A stretch of DNA of 64,000 nt from Bugula neritina (taxonomy: Eukaryota; Animalia; Bryozoa): NCBI GenBank assembly GCA_964035545.1, contig OZ037769.1:2356001-2420000 (forward strand), read 5' to 3'. The translations under genes were made by a program, and so were the position numbers. Below the pieces are notes generated by a model. It was not told where the DNA came from. It saw only the letters and a program-made list of their open reading frames with translations, and ran no database searches. Shown piece after piece: positions 1-18,282 of the stretch (position 1 is its first letter; each line of letters opens with the position of its first letter).

Positions 1-917
1 AACTGTGTATCCTAAAAAAAATCTACTTTGAAATAGCTCATTGCCCGACAACAACAGTATGCTAAAAGTTTAGATACAGTGTCAAGGTCAAACTGTTGTT
101 TCATCATATAATCACTTGAATCAATGAAAGAATTAGTAAAACTGTGAGGTAAAAACTCTGGACTTATTTTCTCTCATAAACAATCTCCAATAAACTGTAA
201 GTGACTTGATTAACAGTTGAATTGCATATTTAGGCTAAAACCCCTTCCATGTTACAGCAGAGAACAAAGGCAACCCCACGATAGTTCCTGAAGAAGAGAT
301 ATGGAGAGGTCATTGTGTTGAAGGTAAGACGTCAATGAACTGGAGAATAACATCCTCTGACAGAATCACGTAACGACGACAATTAGTGGAGTATCACCAT
401 AACACACAAACATGTGATAGCGAGGCAATCACAGCTATTATGTATCGGATAACACAATTACATAAAATACAATAAGCTACTCAACCATTAACCTGACATT
501 AGGACCTAGAAATGCTGCCAATATTATTATTGCTGCCATAAATCAATACTATCTACTTGACCAATAGCCAAACACCGGGGTCACCATGAAAACTTGGTAG
601 CTTGGCATTCTTACTACAGGAAATGGTGATAAAAGTGTTTGGAGTGTACTTCATGTTGTCTGAAATATTTCGTGTCACAGATGTTAACCTCTGAAATGGT
701 GAAACTACGCATGATTATATCGTTTATTTGCCATAAGTCAAAGCTTCACGTTCCACACCTCATAGTATATATATTTCATCACAAAATCTTCTAACAATGC
801 CTAAGGCCTAAACCAATACTATCAAAATGTTGTTGTAATATAAAATTAGTTAAACTAAAGATAATTTTATAATTGATAATATTTTGGCTTTGCGCCAAGA
901 AGGAGCACCAGTCATAC

Positions 918-5212
<4,295 letters not shown>

Positions 5213-7920
5213 TTTCTATCCGAAGAACCAATTTCTAGATTAGCTACAAAACTGATACATAGAATCATCAGTTATTAAGTAGCAACTAGGTGATAATCAT
5301 GATGACAATGATAAATTAAATAATTTAATGAATAACTTACTATTTAAAATTAATTATTACTATTCTAATTTAGTAATTAATAAATTATTACTAGTTTTTA
5401 TTTTCATTACCAAGAATATGCAAATAAATCAAATCATTATGATAACTCACTCAATTACTATTACTATTAGTAATAAACTTAAATAATCATAATGATAATG
5501 TATTTGTACCTTATCATATTGATATGATAATAATAATCATAATAATTAGTGAAAAAATGTGTCACCACGTTCAACTCTCACCATGAACAGTAAAACTAAA
5601 TGTAACACCAACTGTAAACCTTAATTTCAATTTGTAATAATATTGGCCAAGCTCTGGGCTAATGACCCATTGACCTTAAGCTTGGCCATTATGATTGAAT
5701 ATTCATATTAAATTCAATATGAATATTAATATCAATATGGTTTTGTATGGGTCCATGCGAACTTGAATTAAAAAGCTGGTAAAGAACTAGTAACTTAAAC
5801 AGTTAAAGTTAAACTTAAACTAGGCCAAGAGCTTTATTTTTTATTAATTACCATTAATTTTAAATACTTACAACAGATGGCCATAAAACAAGCTGCTCAT
5901 TAATGAGTCATCAGCAATAGCCAATAGGCAAATAACTATAAGTATTTTGGGTTTAAAAAATTAAAAACCCTTTATTTTAGAGAAAGCGAAGGTCTGCAAA
6001 AATAACAAACTAAGAGGAAATAAATTGGTTGCAAAACAAGTAATAACATTAGCAGTTCGATTTTCTAGGCACTAGTAACCATCAACTGTCCAATCAGCTA
6101 CGGATAATGGGTCTTCGGATATACTTTCTAGGAGTTGTTTTCTTACCGAGAAACTTAAAGTTATGTAACTAATTAATTTTAAATGGTAATAGCAAGGTCG
6201 TATCGTGCTTTTGAACTGGCTAGTTATTTCCCCTTGCTATTATACGCATTGAGAGTTCAACTTCATTTGAGTAAATTTAGCTGAACTATATTATTGTGTA
6301 GGTGTGGCATAGGTGAAAACTACGAAAAACAATGTAATAAATATTGTAGCAGTTTGGGCTTGTTAAAAACCCACAATCGTCTGTAGAAGCATGAAACTTT
6401 CACTGATGTGGCTGAGTGTTTATACTAGATTTTATTTATGCCCATCGTATGTAATTAAAAGTATATATGCAATGTTAAAATAGTAATTTCCACAATAAGT
6501 AATAAAACTAATAAAGTAGGTGTACAAATAATAACTGTCACAATAAAAATATTAGATGGAAATACAAATCAAGTATAATTAGTTTTTAACAAATAGAGAG
6601 CATGATATCTAAACTAACCTTTTGTTCTGTACTGATTGCTTTATTTACTAGGTAGCTGAATAAAATGAGTAGATAAGTTTACAAATAATAGTATATATTA
6701 TTTATATCAGATGTTGGAGTTGGTGATGCTAGCTCACGAGCTCTAATGAACAGGTAGCAGTCCACCAGAGCAAGAACAATAATAATAAAGAAATAAAGTA
6801 TGCCCTCTCCCATTGTCTATAGCCAGATGGCACCCAGCCAGGCCAACCTTTCAGGACAATAACCAAATGTTGAAAAACATACTCTGTTAATGGGTTGTTA
6901 CAAGTTACAACAGTTTCTTAAATAAATGTTTATTGCTATTAGGATTATGTGCACTGAGATCTTAAGACAAATATTATTACTTTTATTATGTACTCCACTT
7001 AAGCAATGTGGCTAGCTACAAATATATAAGAGAGTATAATTATGTGAGTTTAGAGAGAGACTGCAAACACAGTTGATGTAAACATCAGCTTATTCTAAAT
7101 TTGCAGAACTTGTGCCTATAATATATACAGAGATTATGTATGAGTGGAAAAGACCTAAAAAGGAAGTGTTAGAGAGTGCTTAGCCCAGGATCCTAGACTT
7201 TGTAGCTCCGCCAGGAGGCCCAACTCTCTCTACAGATTTAAGACAGCTAGGAGCTAGATCTACCTCAAAGCCAAGCAACACCTACTAGAGACCTAACCCA
7301 AAGGTTGCCATATGCTATTGCTTGCTTACAAATAAAAAACTACCATATTCCATTTTAAGAATGATATCTGATAAGACCTTACCATTATATTTCAATTCAA
7401 CATATTTTAAGCTGAAACTTTGATTACCTAAAATGGAGTAATAAACCTCAATAAATCAAAACTAAGTTTTAACATCTTGAAGCTGTTTTATTAACGAAAA
7501 AACTGTAAGAAATATAATTTAAATAACAATAGGGCTTTATCTAATAAAACCACTGTTACACTCTTATATAATAACGTTTTCTGATTGCCTATAAAACAAC
7601 ATGTATCAACTATTATGCACTGCATATGTATAATTCGTTGTTTTCATAATATAAAAATATTTTTGTATAATTTTGAAAGATTGTAAATATTAAAAATAAA
7701 ACTTTAACGGCCTTGGCTCAACATATAATCAGCAAAACTTTAAAATATCAAAAATAATAATCTTAATAAACATTTTAGGTCACAAAAACTTTCTCAAAAA
7801 TATTCAACTATAAATTGGCATTTAAAATCATTAATCTTATTTGCAAAAGCAACAGACAATCTGAAGTGTAGCTAAAAATATCGAAACACGGAAGGGGATT
7901 TTGAGAAGAGTCTGATTGGT

Positions 7921-10900
7921 TTAAATACTTGAGCTCTGGTCTCTGATTGGCTGGTTAAGAATATCGGGTGTATGAACTGAATGCTCAGCATTGTAAGTGT
8001 ATTGTGGTAAAGAGAGACCTAGAACTGTTTCCTTGGTAACAGTGGCACTCACAATATGGCTGCCCGGCACCTCAAACATTGTCTCCAGTAAAATGTTCTC
8101 CTTCAAAGTATTTCAGTTGTATTTAGAAATGTATAGAAGTGCAGCGAATTGCAACAAAATGGAAAAAAAATCTTTAATCAACATAGATAGGTTTTTCAGG
8201 AAAACAGTAATTGTTGATGCTATCATCCCTGCACTAAGATTCAACCCTACAGAAAGAAGGCAACTCCCTATACGTTATACAAATTTATATAACCGAGTAA
8301 AAATTATATGCTAAATATGTTAGCCTGAAATTTCAAGCAGATCTGGAAAATGGGGCTATAATTTAAAGACAAAGAGCAGTTGTTCTTTAGTACCTAGGTC
8401 ATTATTATAATTATTTTGTCCCACACCAAATATTGCATAACTTTATTTATAACCCGTAAATATTTCATTGCAACAGAAATTTTTAAACTTCAACAAACTA
8501 CATACCATTATGGCACGAAGCCCCCGAGCCCCAGTTTTTCTCTGTAAAGCGATTTTAGCAATTTCACTGAGTGCATCATCAGTAAAGTCCAACGTAACCT
8601 AACGTAATACAAGAATAATAATAACCAAATGAAATAAACAAATATAAATATAATGTAATAAATGTATGGAAATAACAGCAGAATTAGTAGTCTATTTTAG
8701 ACAATAAAATGAATGGGATGGATGATGAAAAAAGATGACACTATTAAGAATTAGAAATGAAATCCTGCTGAAATATTTTTGTGTCTTGAAAATTCTTATT
8801 TCATTGAGTTGTAATTTCATTTACATGCAAGCTTACACTATTATAAATATAATTAAAATATCCATTACTAATATCATATTTACACATTACTCTATATATT
8901 TACTCTATGTATTTAATTTAAATATCACACTGCACAGCAATAACATTATTCATTAATTATTTACAAGCAAACTATTAACTTGTTTAAAGAAAAAAAACAT
9001 TGGCAAGTACACCCCCCCCACCTTATCCATGTTGAACAAAGCTTGGAACTGAGGCACCAGAGCATTCTTTGGCTTAGTTAATATGTCCACGAGCATATCT
9101 TCTGTGAGGCTGTTGAACGAAGATATAACTGGAAATCTGCCAACAAATTCTGGAATCATGCCAAACTCTATCAAGTCTCTCGCCTCAACCTGAAGTTGTA
9201 AACATAAGGAAACACAATTACAGTTCAGTCACCCTTAAATGTTAACAGCAATGTGTTATGACAGCAAACATATAAGCTAAAAATAGAACTAATGCTTGAA
9301 CAGCTTCTTATATTCTGACTAGAATATAAAAAGCACAAGATTGAATATTCAAAACCCTCGACTTTGAAATGATGACGCGAAAGGCCAGCCAAACCCACCA
9401 TGTGTCTGATGCGATCCATTTCAGCGTTGTCTTCAGCGACATCAGCTCCGTCATGCTGCCACTGCTTAGACTCTGACACCGCTGCCCGTCTCCCTTTACC
9501 AGCTGTCGAGGGGGCACCAAACCCGAGGAACTGAAACATTAGCCAGGGTTTAGTAGATAATGTGGATAAGGGGGTGGAGAAAAGGAACCTAGTAATCTGA
9601 GGCTATCACATGCAAGTGATAAACAGAGCAAAAGCCAAAGGGTGAAATTGGGAAATTCATTCAACACTATCAGACTAAATTCTAACAAAGGTCATCAGTA
9701 TTATGTAATAGAAAGGTCATATCTACAGTAAATGCTGTAACCACCTTAGATCAAAGACTCAAAGCATTCTTATCAGAGTTTATATGACGAGTATAAGCAT
9801 ACTTGAGCTCTCTAGTGTCCTAGTCATGTCCTATACTCTATAGTATTATACTAAATAACTTCCCTCAGTAAGAATCACAAAGTAAACTTACTTTTTCATT
9901 TTTACGGCGACTAATGATGGAGTCAAGGCCACTGAACGCACCAGACGCTACAAACAGGATGTTAGTTGTATCTACAGCAATAGTCTCAGATCTCAACCTC
10001 TTTGACTTTTCAGGGACGTTCACCACCGTCCCTTCAATTAACTTCAGCATTCCCTGAAATAAGAGATCACTTGAAAATACATTTACCAATCAGATATGTA
10101 CAGAGTATATAGTATAGAGAGTATACAGAGTATACAAAACTCCGAGAGATCACCTGCTGCACCCCTTCACCTCCGACATCTCGCAGCTGGTGGATTCCTG
10201 GAACGCTGCCAATTTTATCTATCTCGTCCAGAAATACAATCCCTCTCTGTGCCTTCATCACGTCTCCATTTGCATCCTACAACACACCAGACTTGTTTTA
10301 TATAGGACTGTGCAAGTACTTCTAGTAGGACTGCACCAGTACAAAGTACACAAGAGAGCTGAAGTGTTACCAGACAATACCTGAAGTAACTTAAATATCA
10401 CCATCTCCACATCTTCTCCTACATAACCGGCCTGTGTGAGACTTGTACAGTCACAGATTGCAAACGGTACGTCTAGACACCTGGCCAGGGTTTGTGCCAG
10501 ATATGTCTTACCTTTAACATATTATAGTATGATATAGAATAGTGTGTAATAATAGCACGTGCTAGCATGTCATAGTATAGCATAGCATAGAATAGTATAG
10601 CATAGTGTAAAATGGTACAACGTAGTATTGCATAGCATATAGTACTATAGCACAGAATAGCATAGTATAGAATAACATAGTATAACATAGTATAGAATGG
10701 TATAGCATAGTAGAGTATAGTATAATGTAGTAGAGAGTAGTATATCATAGTACAAAATAGAATAGCGTAGTATAGAATAGTATACAAAAGCATAGAATAC
10801 TATAGCACAGCATAGCACAGTATAACATAGTATAGCATATTATAGCACAATATAGAATAGAATAGCATAGTATAGAATAGCATACAAACCTGAACCGGTA

Positions 10901-13900
10901 GGTCCAAGCATCAGTATGTTTGACTTCTCTAGCATCAGGTTATACTTCTCCGACTCCAACACGTCACTACGTCTCACGCTGCTAACATGAGGTGTGGGAG
11001 ATGAGAGAGAGTTCGAGGAGCTCCAGGGGTCTGATGCACTCGGACCAAGTGGAGAGGGCATTGAATAGTTATAAGGACTCCTTAGATTGTCTGGAAATAT
11101 TCAAAACACAAACAGATCATGGTTAGATTTTGAACTAAAAACTATTATGATTATATAATAACTCAAATTTCTTATTCAAATTGCAGATGAAAAATAAAAA
11201 TTGAAAAAAGGCTTTCATTCAATCCATACAAGCTAAAATACGTTTTTCTAGTTCAAGGTGTGGTATCTAAAGAATTCAAATCTGCGCACTGTTGAAAACT
11301 TTTTTTTATAATTACCGGGAAAAGTTAAACAAACAAAAACTTAAACATCAACTGTAAATGTTTCACCAGTCAAAATAATAGCTTTCAAGTACCTAAGTTG
11401 GTTTCGTTGTCATTTGGTAGATTGTTATGAAGTCTTTTGTAGTGATTGTAAACTGCTACAGATAGCACTTTCTTAGCCATATGTTGACCAATCACAAACT
11501 TGTTTAGATAATTATAAATCTAAAAGATATTCATCAAATAAATTTAGATTATATTCAATTTAGGCAGTCATGTTTGATGAAACAGAGTGCAGCTGACTAC
11601 AAGCCATATATATATGTATACATAGCAATAATATTAGTACATGTGTGTGTACATAGCCATAATACTAGCACATATATGCATAAAGTAATAATACTAGCTG
11701 ATATAATATATGCCTATAGTAGTAATATCAACTTGTTGATATTACTAGTATAGTATATGAATACATATACTATACTAATATCAACACATACAGGCATAAA
11801 GTACATGATTTAATGTTATGCCAGAAAGAGCGACTTGGTGAGAGAAGCTTAGAAAATAGAGAATGTTTAGAGTAATGATTTGCGTCACAGCTGAAAGTTA
11901 ATAATCTTGTCTTGAATTATCAACTAATATATATTATATATCATTCATTTTCGAAATAACCAAAGTGCATCCACTCACTTAGAGTTGTTACAAATTATAC
12001 AAACAATAAACTATTGAAACTTGAATTGAAAATTAATAATTGTGAACCTCTTTGGGAGTTAATAATGTATATGTTGGAGTTGTCATTTCATCTAGGGTTT
12101 GCGTTTCTATCAAGGCAGATAAGCCATTGGCTAGTTCTTGGTACTTAATAGCTCGGGCAGCGTTGTTGAAGTTAGTGCGACCTTTAGCACGACCTTTACT
12201 ACGTTGAGATGAGTCAGATATCATCCATTGTGCAGAGAATAAGTCTGCATATGCATTCTCGTGAGAAATTGGTATGTATTGCTGCACAGAACGTGGTTGA
12301 GATGTAAGATAAGAATAGAAGTACAGAAGATGAAGAACAAAGATAAGAATAGAAACATGCAGATGGTGGGTTAGTGGTAGTAGAAAGTAAACAGCATGCT
12401 TTATACAGACACAGAAAATTTCATCCTGACAGACTCACAAATGAGAGATAATCAAAAGTTTGAGTTTGTAGCAGAAGAACCAACATATCTTTTCAAAATT
12501 TAAAAATGATACTTTATGATTATGAGTCATTTACAAAAACTCTTTACTGATTATCTGAAAGCATTTACGAGACAGTAGTTTAATTTCATTTCGACAATGA
12601 TTGCACAATCAAGTATAAAAAGACTATATTAACGGTCTCATAAAATGTGATAAATAAAGTAGGACAGTGAGTAAGACTACTTTAACAGGCTTTTATACTC
12701 TATGAAGCTAGCTAATGTATTATGAAATAAACAAGTAAAAGTATCAAAATAGAATGTCGAACTTGAAGAGATACAATGCATACTAAAAGGCCTAAAAGAA
12801 TACCATATAAACAAAGGGCTTACATTTTCAAAATCTCATTCTAAAACTTTTTACAGTTGTTTTTCTAGAGCAGTAATAGTTTATAAGTTGTAGACAGTAC
12901 CTTTTTAGGTTGTGGTATATGAGATGTTGTGGAAGTACTGTGAGCACGAGCAGCATGGTCTAATGATTTATATAAGGTGTCACAGCTAAGACACTTGAAG
13001 TAACCTCCATTGCCTGGAGCAGCTTCTACAAACACATTCAACATAAAACTGGAATCTGTCTTATAAATTCTTAAAACAAAACATATTTGGGAAAATATGC
13101 AGTATAGTAGAACTGGCTTCAAAAACATATGCAGTATTGGTAGCTCCTATAGATCTTAAAATTTCCAAGTTAATAAAAACCCTGATTAACTAGAACAGGG
13201 AGATAAAAATTTTCTGGGAGGTTCCAGGTAATTACATCTATTCCAGGTTCTTGGATTAAGTCATCAAAATTTTTCCAATTTCCATGTGTTGACTACTGTG
13301 TAAAATTTGTAACAACTGCAGAAATTGTGTAGAAAAATGTTCTGCAATGTGTAGAAATTTACAAGAGGTTGGAAATCAGCCATTACTTGCACCAGATTTG
13401 TTTTCTTAACTCAAATTTAAATCTTTTAGAGCTGAAAGCCTTAGGACTCATAGCCTTATTATTATTATTTACTTACTTTTATTTACTTACTTTCAATGAG
13501 CTGAACTGTTGCAAACCTCAGATAAGAACTCTAACTATTCATCAAGAATATTGATAGAACATGAAAATAAAACTAAACAATACAACATTTTAAGTACTTC
13601 CAAGTCGAAAATAACTTAACAGACATTATATATTATTATAACATGTCTTACTTTGAAGGAAATGTAGAGGGGAACCTTCACCACATTTTATACAATATTG
13701 GGGTGGACCAGCACCCTTGTCCTGCTGTCCCCCTATGAAATCATAAAGAATAGGAACTAGAAAGGTTGCTAATGACTGGATGCTAACTGTAATTAGACTC
13801 AGAACCAAGCAAAGAGTACTGCAAGCTGAACACGACACGTTAGTAATGAGCACAAACTGTGGACCAATAATAAAGTTGACCCAAGGCTAAACTTTACCAA

Positions 13901-14615
13901 ATAGATTATAAATTCATTTCACCTGGCAGATGATATTATATAGACAGTATGTTGGCTGTATACTTCGAGTAAAATAACATAACAATGTGTTTATCTATAG
14001 CCTGGTCTATATGGTCCAACGATCATTGTCCAAAAATATTCTAAAAATGGTGGATGAGTCCATATTAGTGTACCAGCAGCATTGCTACGACTCAGCACAC
14101 ATGGCTAGCACATTTCTTCGATATGAGTTATATATGTATTATTAAAGGTAAATAATCCATAAACTATTTCTGTCTGAATAGCTTAGTAAATCACTAAGTT
14201 TAGGTTTTGAGTGAATTAGAGACAATTTAGAGACAGAAATGGGCAAGTGAATTTTTAGCCCCAAATTCTAGCCTTGATAAAGAAGAGTTGACAGAAAGTT
14301 CCACCTGTTGCTGAGCAGTAGGACTTCTTAGAGAACACAGTCTTCACATAGTTGTCATATATCACTGGCAGGCAACGTGAATAAGGCAGCTTGTCATTTC
14401 TTGCAAGTGTGTTTAACACAGCTAAAATATAAATTCAACAGTTCAACAAAAAATTATCCAAATACCCAGCCCTCAATGCACACAGTTTATGATGCAACCA
14501 TTTTGGAATGTACAAACTTACAAAATATGCTAAAACTTTTTGTAGATGAGGGTAAGCCAAAGCCCTTCTTCAACGACGCAACAGGTCTTAACCTCAAGGG
14601 ATGAAAAACTGACAT
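7921..14615 (-). CDS. CLPX: ATP-dependent Clp protease ATP-binding subunit ClpX, mitochondrial (~577 aa; ~655 aa with the candidate cassette exon)
   Basis: Exons 14522-14615, 14305-14421, 13652-13732, 12901-13025, [12048-12281], 11393-11519, 10890-11090, 10381-10511, 10154-10276, 9892-10053, 9399-9530, 9022-9189, 8506-8598, 7921-8100. Motifs: C4 finger CIKC..CLSC, Walker A GPTGSGKT, pore-1 GYVG, Walker [22 protein letters not shown] loop, [18 protein letters not shown]. The 5' exons are less certain. Confidence 0.93.
10512..10889. repeat. Pentanucleotide microsatellite (ATAGC/ATAGT/ATAGA)n filling a ClpX intron
   Basis: Continuous degenerate 5-mer array between the donor at 10889 and the acceptor at 10512. 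Confidence 0.9.
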
Positions 14616-14849
14616 ATCTCTATACACTACCTGCAACATGAAATAATATAATATATTAATCTGTATACTACGAACTATTCTGATAAAAAGAAAAACAATG
14701 ATTACAACAGTGCAGTGCTAATATGAACAAAGAATAACTATTGAAAACATCATCGTGTTATTTAGCATAGCAGTATTGTAGCATTTTGAAAGCAAGCTTC
14801 TCTTATTGAACATGAGGCTTCTCAGACTACATTCTTTGTAGTCTGTAGT

Positions 14850-17045
14850 CTATTACTAATACGAATACTAACAGTAATACTATTACTACTAGTAAAACTT
14901 AAATTAAAAGCAAATGTAATACTAATAAAAATAAACTTAGAGCAATACCTCTATTTTAAGTTATAAAAATACTTCAAGTTTAAGTATAAGTATTACAATA
15001 AATAAAAATACTAACAGTAACAATAAGTGTAACTAATAATTGATATTATACTAAATGACTTATACTTATACTTATAGTTCTACAGTTATGACTTATGAGT
15101 TATGATTATACTATTACTATTACTATTGCTTATAGTAATACTAATAGTAGTACTAATAGTAATACTAATAGTAATACAGTAATACTAATAGTAATACTAA
15201 TAGTAGTACTAATACTAATAGTAATACTAATACAGTATGGCTCGGTGCCTCGACTAGCTACAGTGCTATTGCGCCATAGGCCTTGTCATTTTGTTTATTT
15301 TTTTCTCAATTAATTTTTTCCCTTCTATGACAAAATAAAAACAAACAAACAAACAAACAATACAGTAAATGTAATACTAATAGTAAAACTAAATGTAATA
15401 CTAATACTAATACTAATAGTAATACTAATACTTATAGCAAATGTAATACTAATACTAATAGTAATATTCTTCCAGCCAAACAGCAATTGTAATTACAGGC
15501 ATAAATATTATCGGCAAAATATAGAAATTAATGGAACTAAAGTTACTTGCATTCATCAACAAGACACATTAGTCACTACCTTTTGACTTGGATTATTTGC
15601 GATGACTGATGCTATAATGATAATGTTTATATTTTAGCATTTTTATATCCGGTTTTTAATACCTGAAAAAGTTTAATTTTTATTAAATGATGTTTTGATT
15701 ATTGTTTTTAAAATATAAAGCAAAAAAATCTTTGCTGTTTAAAAATGCAGTTTCATTTTGAATAAAATATTAGTATTTTGGTGCGAAAATGTTTTCATCC
15801 GGGTCACCCACCAATACTGAAGAGGCGGCTTATAATATCTTTTACTTTAATTATACCTTCAATAAGGCACTGCATTGGCATTGTATTATATACAACCGTG
15901 CTTTCGCTTTAGTCATTACCATTATTAAACCAACGTGCTGTTTCCAGAACCTGTGTACTACTATTATATACAACAATGGGTGAGGAATTACGCATGCAAT
16001 GCTATTCTTGTTGGTGTAACACAGACTCTCACTGGGCATCGCATTGGTTATTTAGCTCTCAGTGTGACCAAAAATTAAGGTTTCAGCTATTCTTGAAATT
16101 AAAGTTACTGTTAGTGTTACTTAGTGTCACTTGGACTTAGTCTTACAGTTAGTGTTACACTTACTGTTACTGTTGGTGTTACTAACTTTAAGTTACTGTT
16201 AGTGTCACACTTACAAAGTTTTGAAAGTAACGTAGTCTTACTATTTGCTGTAACTGTAAGACTTAGACTAAGAGTAAGTGTTAGTGTATGGCTAGCAGTA
16301 ACACTTACACTAACAGTAAGTGTGAGTAACACTAACTGAAACTGTTACACTTACTCTTACTACTTATAATTAATGTTAGACTGTTACTGTTAGACTTAGA
16401 GTTACTGTTAGTGCAAGTGTCGCTGTTAGAGTCAGAGCTTTGGTGTTACTTTAACAATTACGTATAGGTATAGGTATAAGTATTACATTTACTCTTACCA
16501 TTAGTATTAGTGTTACTGTAACTAGTGGTAGTAATCGTATAAATATTTTAGAGTATTATTCGTACATTTATAAAAAATATAAGATAAAAATTTGTTTTTA
16601 ACATTAGTATTACAATTTACGTTGTCATTAGACTTAGAGTTAGTGATTAGTCACTGGTACCCACTGCTGTCCATGTTCATGTTGGCTTTGTTTAACTGCA
16701 AGCATGCAGCAATGTGAATGTCAAACTCAATCACTCAGAATGTGCATGTTCAAAACTAAAAGAACGAGTTGGTCTTTCTCCCACTCAATTATCAGTATCA
16801 TTAAATTTATGATTATCATTAGGCCTATTATAAATTGAATACTATTACTATTACTAATAGTGGTTATGATTATATTTATGATATTTGATTGTGAATTTTA
16901 ATTTAGCCAGTAAAACTTGGAGGTTTTGCCGTTACCGTAAACTCTAGCCAATGTCCCAAGTAAATTACTATTACTACTGGTTAGTCCTAGTAGTAGTAGT
17001 AAAAACCGTAGCAGTAGTAGTAGTAGTAGCAGTAGTAATTGTTTT
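14850..17045. promoter_or_regulatory. Divergent (head-to-head) promoter region of ClpX and the HMGB-like gene, flanked by AGT/ACT low-complexity tracts
   Basis: ClpX ATG at 14615 (-) and HMGB ATG at 15976 (+); CpG-containing core at ~15640-16050; TSS positions are inferred, not observed. Confidence 0.55.
15238..15358 (+). mobile_element. Probable 5'-truncated non-LTR retroelement 3' end
   Basis: Flanked by 9-bp direct repeat aatacagta (15229-15237, 15359-15367); ends with AATAAA plus an (AAAC)n tail; interrupts a (TACTAA)n tract. Confidence 0.5.
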
Positions 17046-18282
17046 TGAAATAAAAATTCGGGTCAAGTCTTGAGTAAATATAATGAATATGAATTGTTGA
17101 TGGTTCAGCTGCAAGTCTGGAATGTTTCTTCAGGTAAAAATGACAAAGATCCTAACCGTCCCAAAAAGGCACAATCTGCCTATTTTATCTTCATGGGTGA
17201 CTACAGAAACCATTGTAAAATGACTGGAGAATCTAACACATCAAATGTAAGCATTATCAAGTTATTTCACTTATAAATTAATAAATTGTGAAATAATATC
17301 CATATGTGGAGTTGTGTTTTCAGCCTGGGGAAGAATAACTGTCAATCACAGGTGCATAGACTATTTAGTTGTTGATAGTAACAGCAGCTTTGAAATAATA
17401 TTGAGACTTATTGAAGATATAAAAAAAAATTATTGTAACTTTTATGCAGTTTTATTTGTGTTATAAAATTTTTATTTTGAACTTCTTGATAGAATTGAGT
17501 CCTAATAATGGTTATAATATAACATATCACAACAATGTCTTCTGCCCGTGTTATACTCAGGTTACAGAGTTCACAAAGATGGCCTCACAGAAGTGGCGTG
17601 CCATGGGTGAGACTGAGCGAGAACCTTATGATCAGAGGGCAGCTGCTGACAAGCAGAGGTATGAGCACCAGATGTCCATGTATGTCCCCGCTCCTGGGTT
17701 CAGCAGCAAAGGATCCCGCAAGAGGGTAGGTTTTCTTACAGTTCTTATTTACCGGCAGTTCTCGGTTTGTTTACGAAAACTACGTCTTGCTAGCTCGGCA
17801 TGCCTATTTAAAGTATTTCTGTTTATTGGTTAGTTCCAAAGGCTAGAACCTTCTAGATAGTCTAATGAAGTGCTGATTTAACTCTCCCAGTGCTGGCGCT
17901 CATGTTTTTAGTTTACTTGCTTCTAGAAAAATCCTGACGCACCTAAAAAGCCAAAGTCCGCCTACCTACACTTCTTGGATGCGTTTCGTGAAGCGAATAG
18001 AGACAAGTTGGACCACAAACAGATAATCAGTCAGGGTGCTGCCGCGTGGAGCCAGCTCACAGACGAACAGAAGCTGCCGTACAATCAGAAATATGCTGTC
18101 GAGAAAGAAAAATACAATGCACTTCTCCAGAGCATGGTGAGACACATTCACAGTCTCCGGTTACATGTCCCGCCCCTGCTTTAGTGAAATATTTTCCTGT
18201 GGTACTTAGACTATGATATTTTAAGGGGGTGAGCGGTGACACGGCCCGTACAGGCCAGCAACTGAATGACGCAGAAGACTAA
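15976..18282 (+). CDS. HMG-box protein with two HMG boxes (HMGB/DSP1-like, ~182 aa, no acidic tail)
   Basis: Exons 15976-15979 (ATGG|gtgagg), 17134-17246, 17561-17725, 17927-18136, 18226-18282. MGKNDKDPNRPKKAQSAYFIF..FTKMASQKWRAM..EREPY; KNPDAPKKPKSAYLHF..WSQLTDEQKLPY. AATAAA at 19431. Confidence 0.88.

Noticed and set aside
6780-7340. GC-richer intergenic patches resembling an LTR
   Set aside because: No second copy, TG..CA ends, PBS or TSD that I could identify
10473-10793. Repetitive ORFs in the track (also 16117-16339, 29448-29784, 44063-44284, 54577-54771, 60571-60798, 62120-62462)
   Set aside because: Translations of micro- and minisatellites inside introns; no domain signal
13924-14120. 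Extra ClpX exon ending at a cag|gtgaaa donor
   Set aside because: I found no convincing open frame, and the flanking exons already join in phase
16951-16959. ATGTCCCAA|gt as the HMGB start
   Set aside because: Phase 0, incompatible with the phase-1 acceptor at 17133; ATGG|gt at 15976 gives the HMGB-like MGK start
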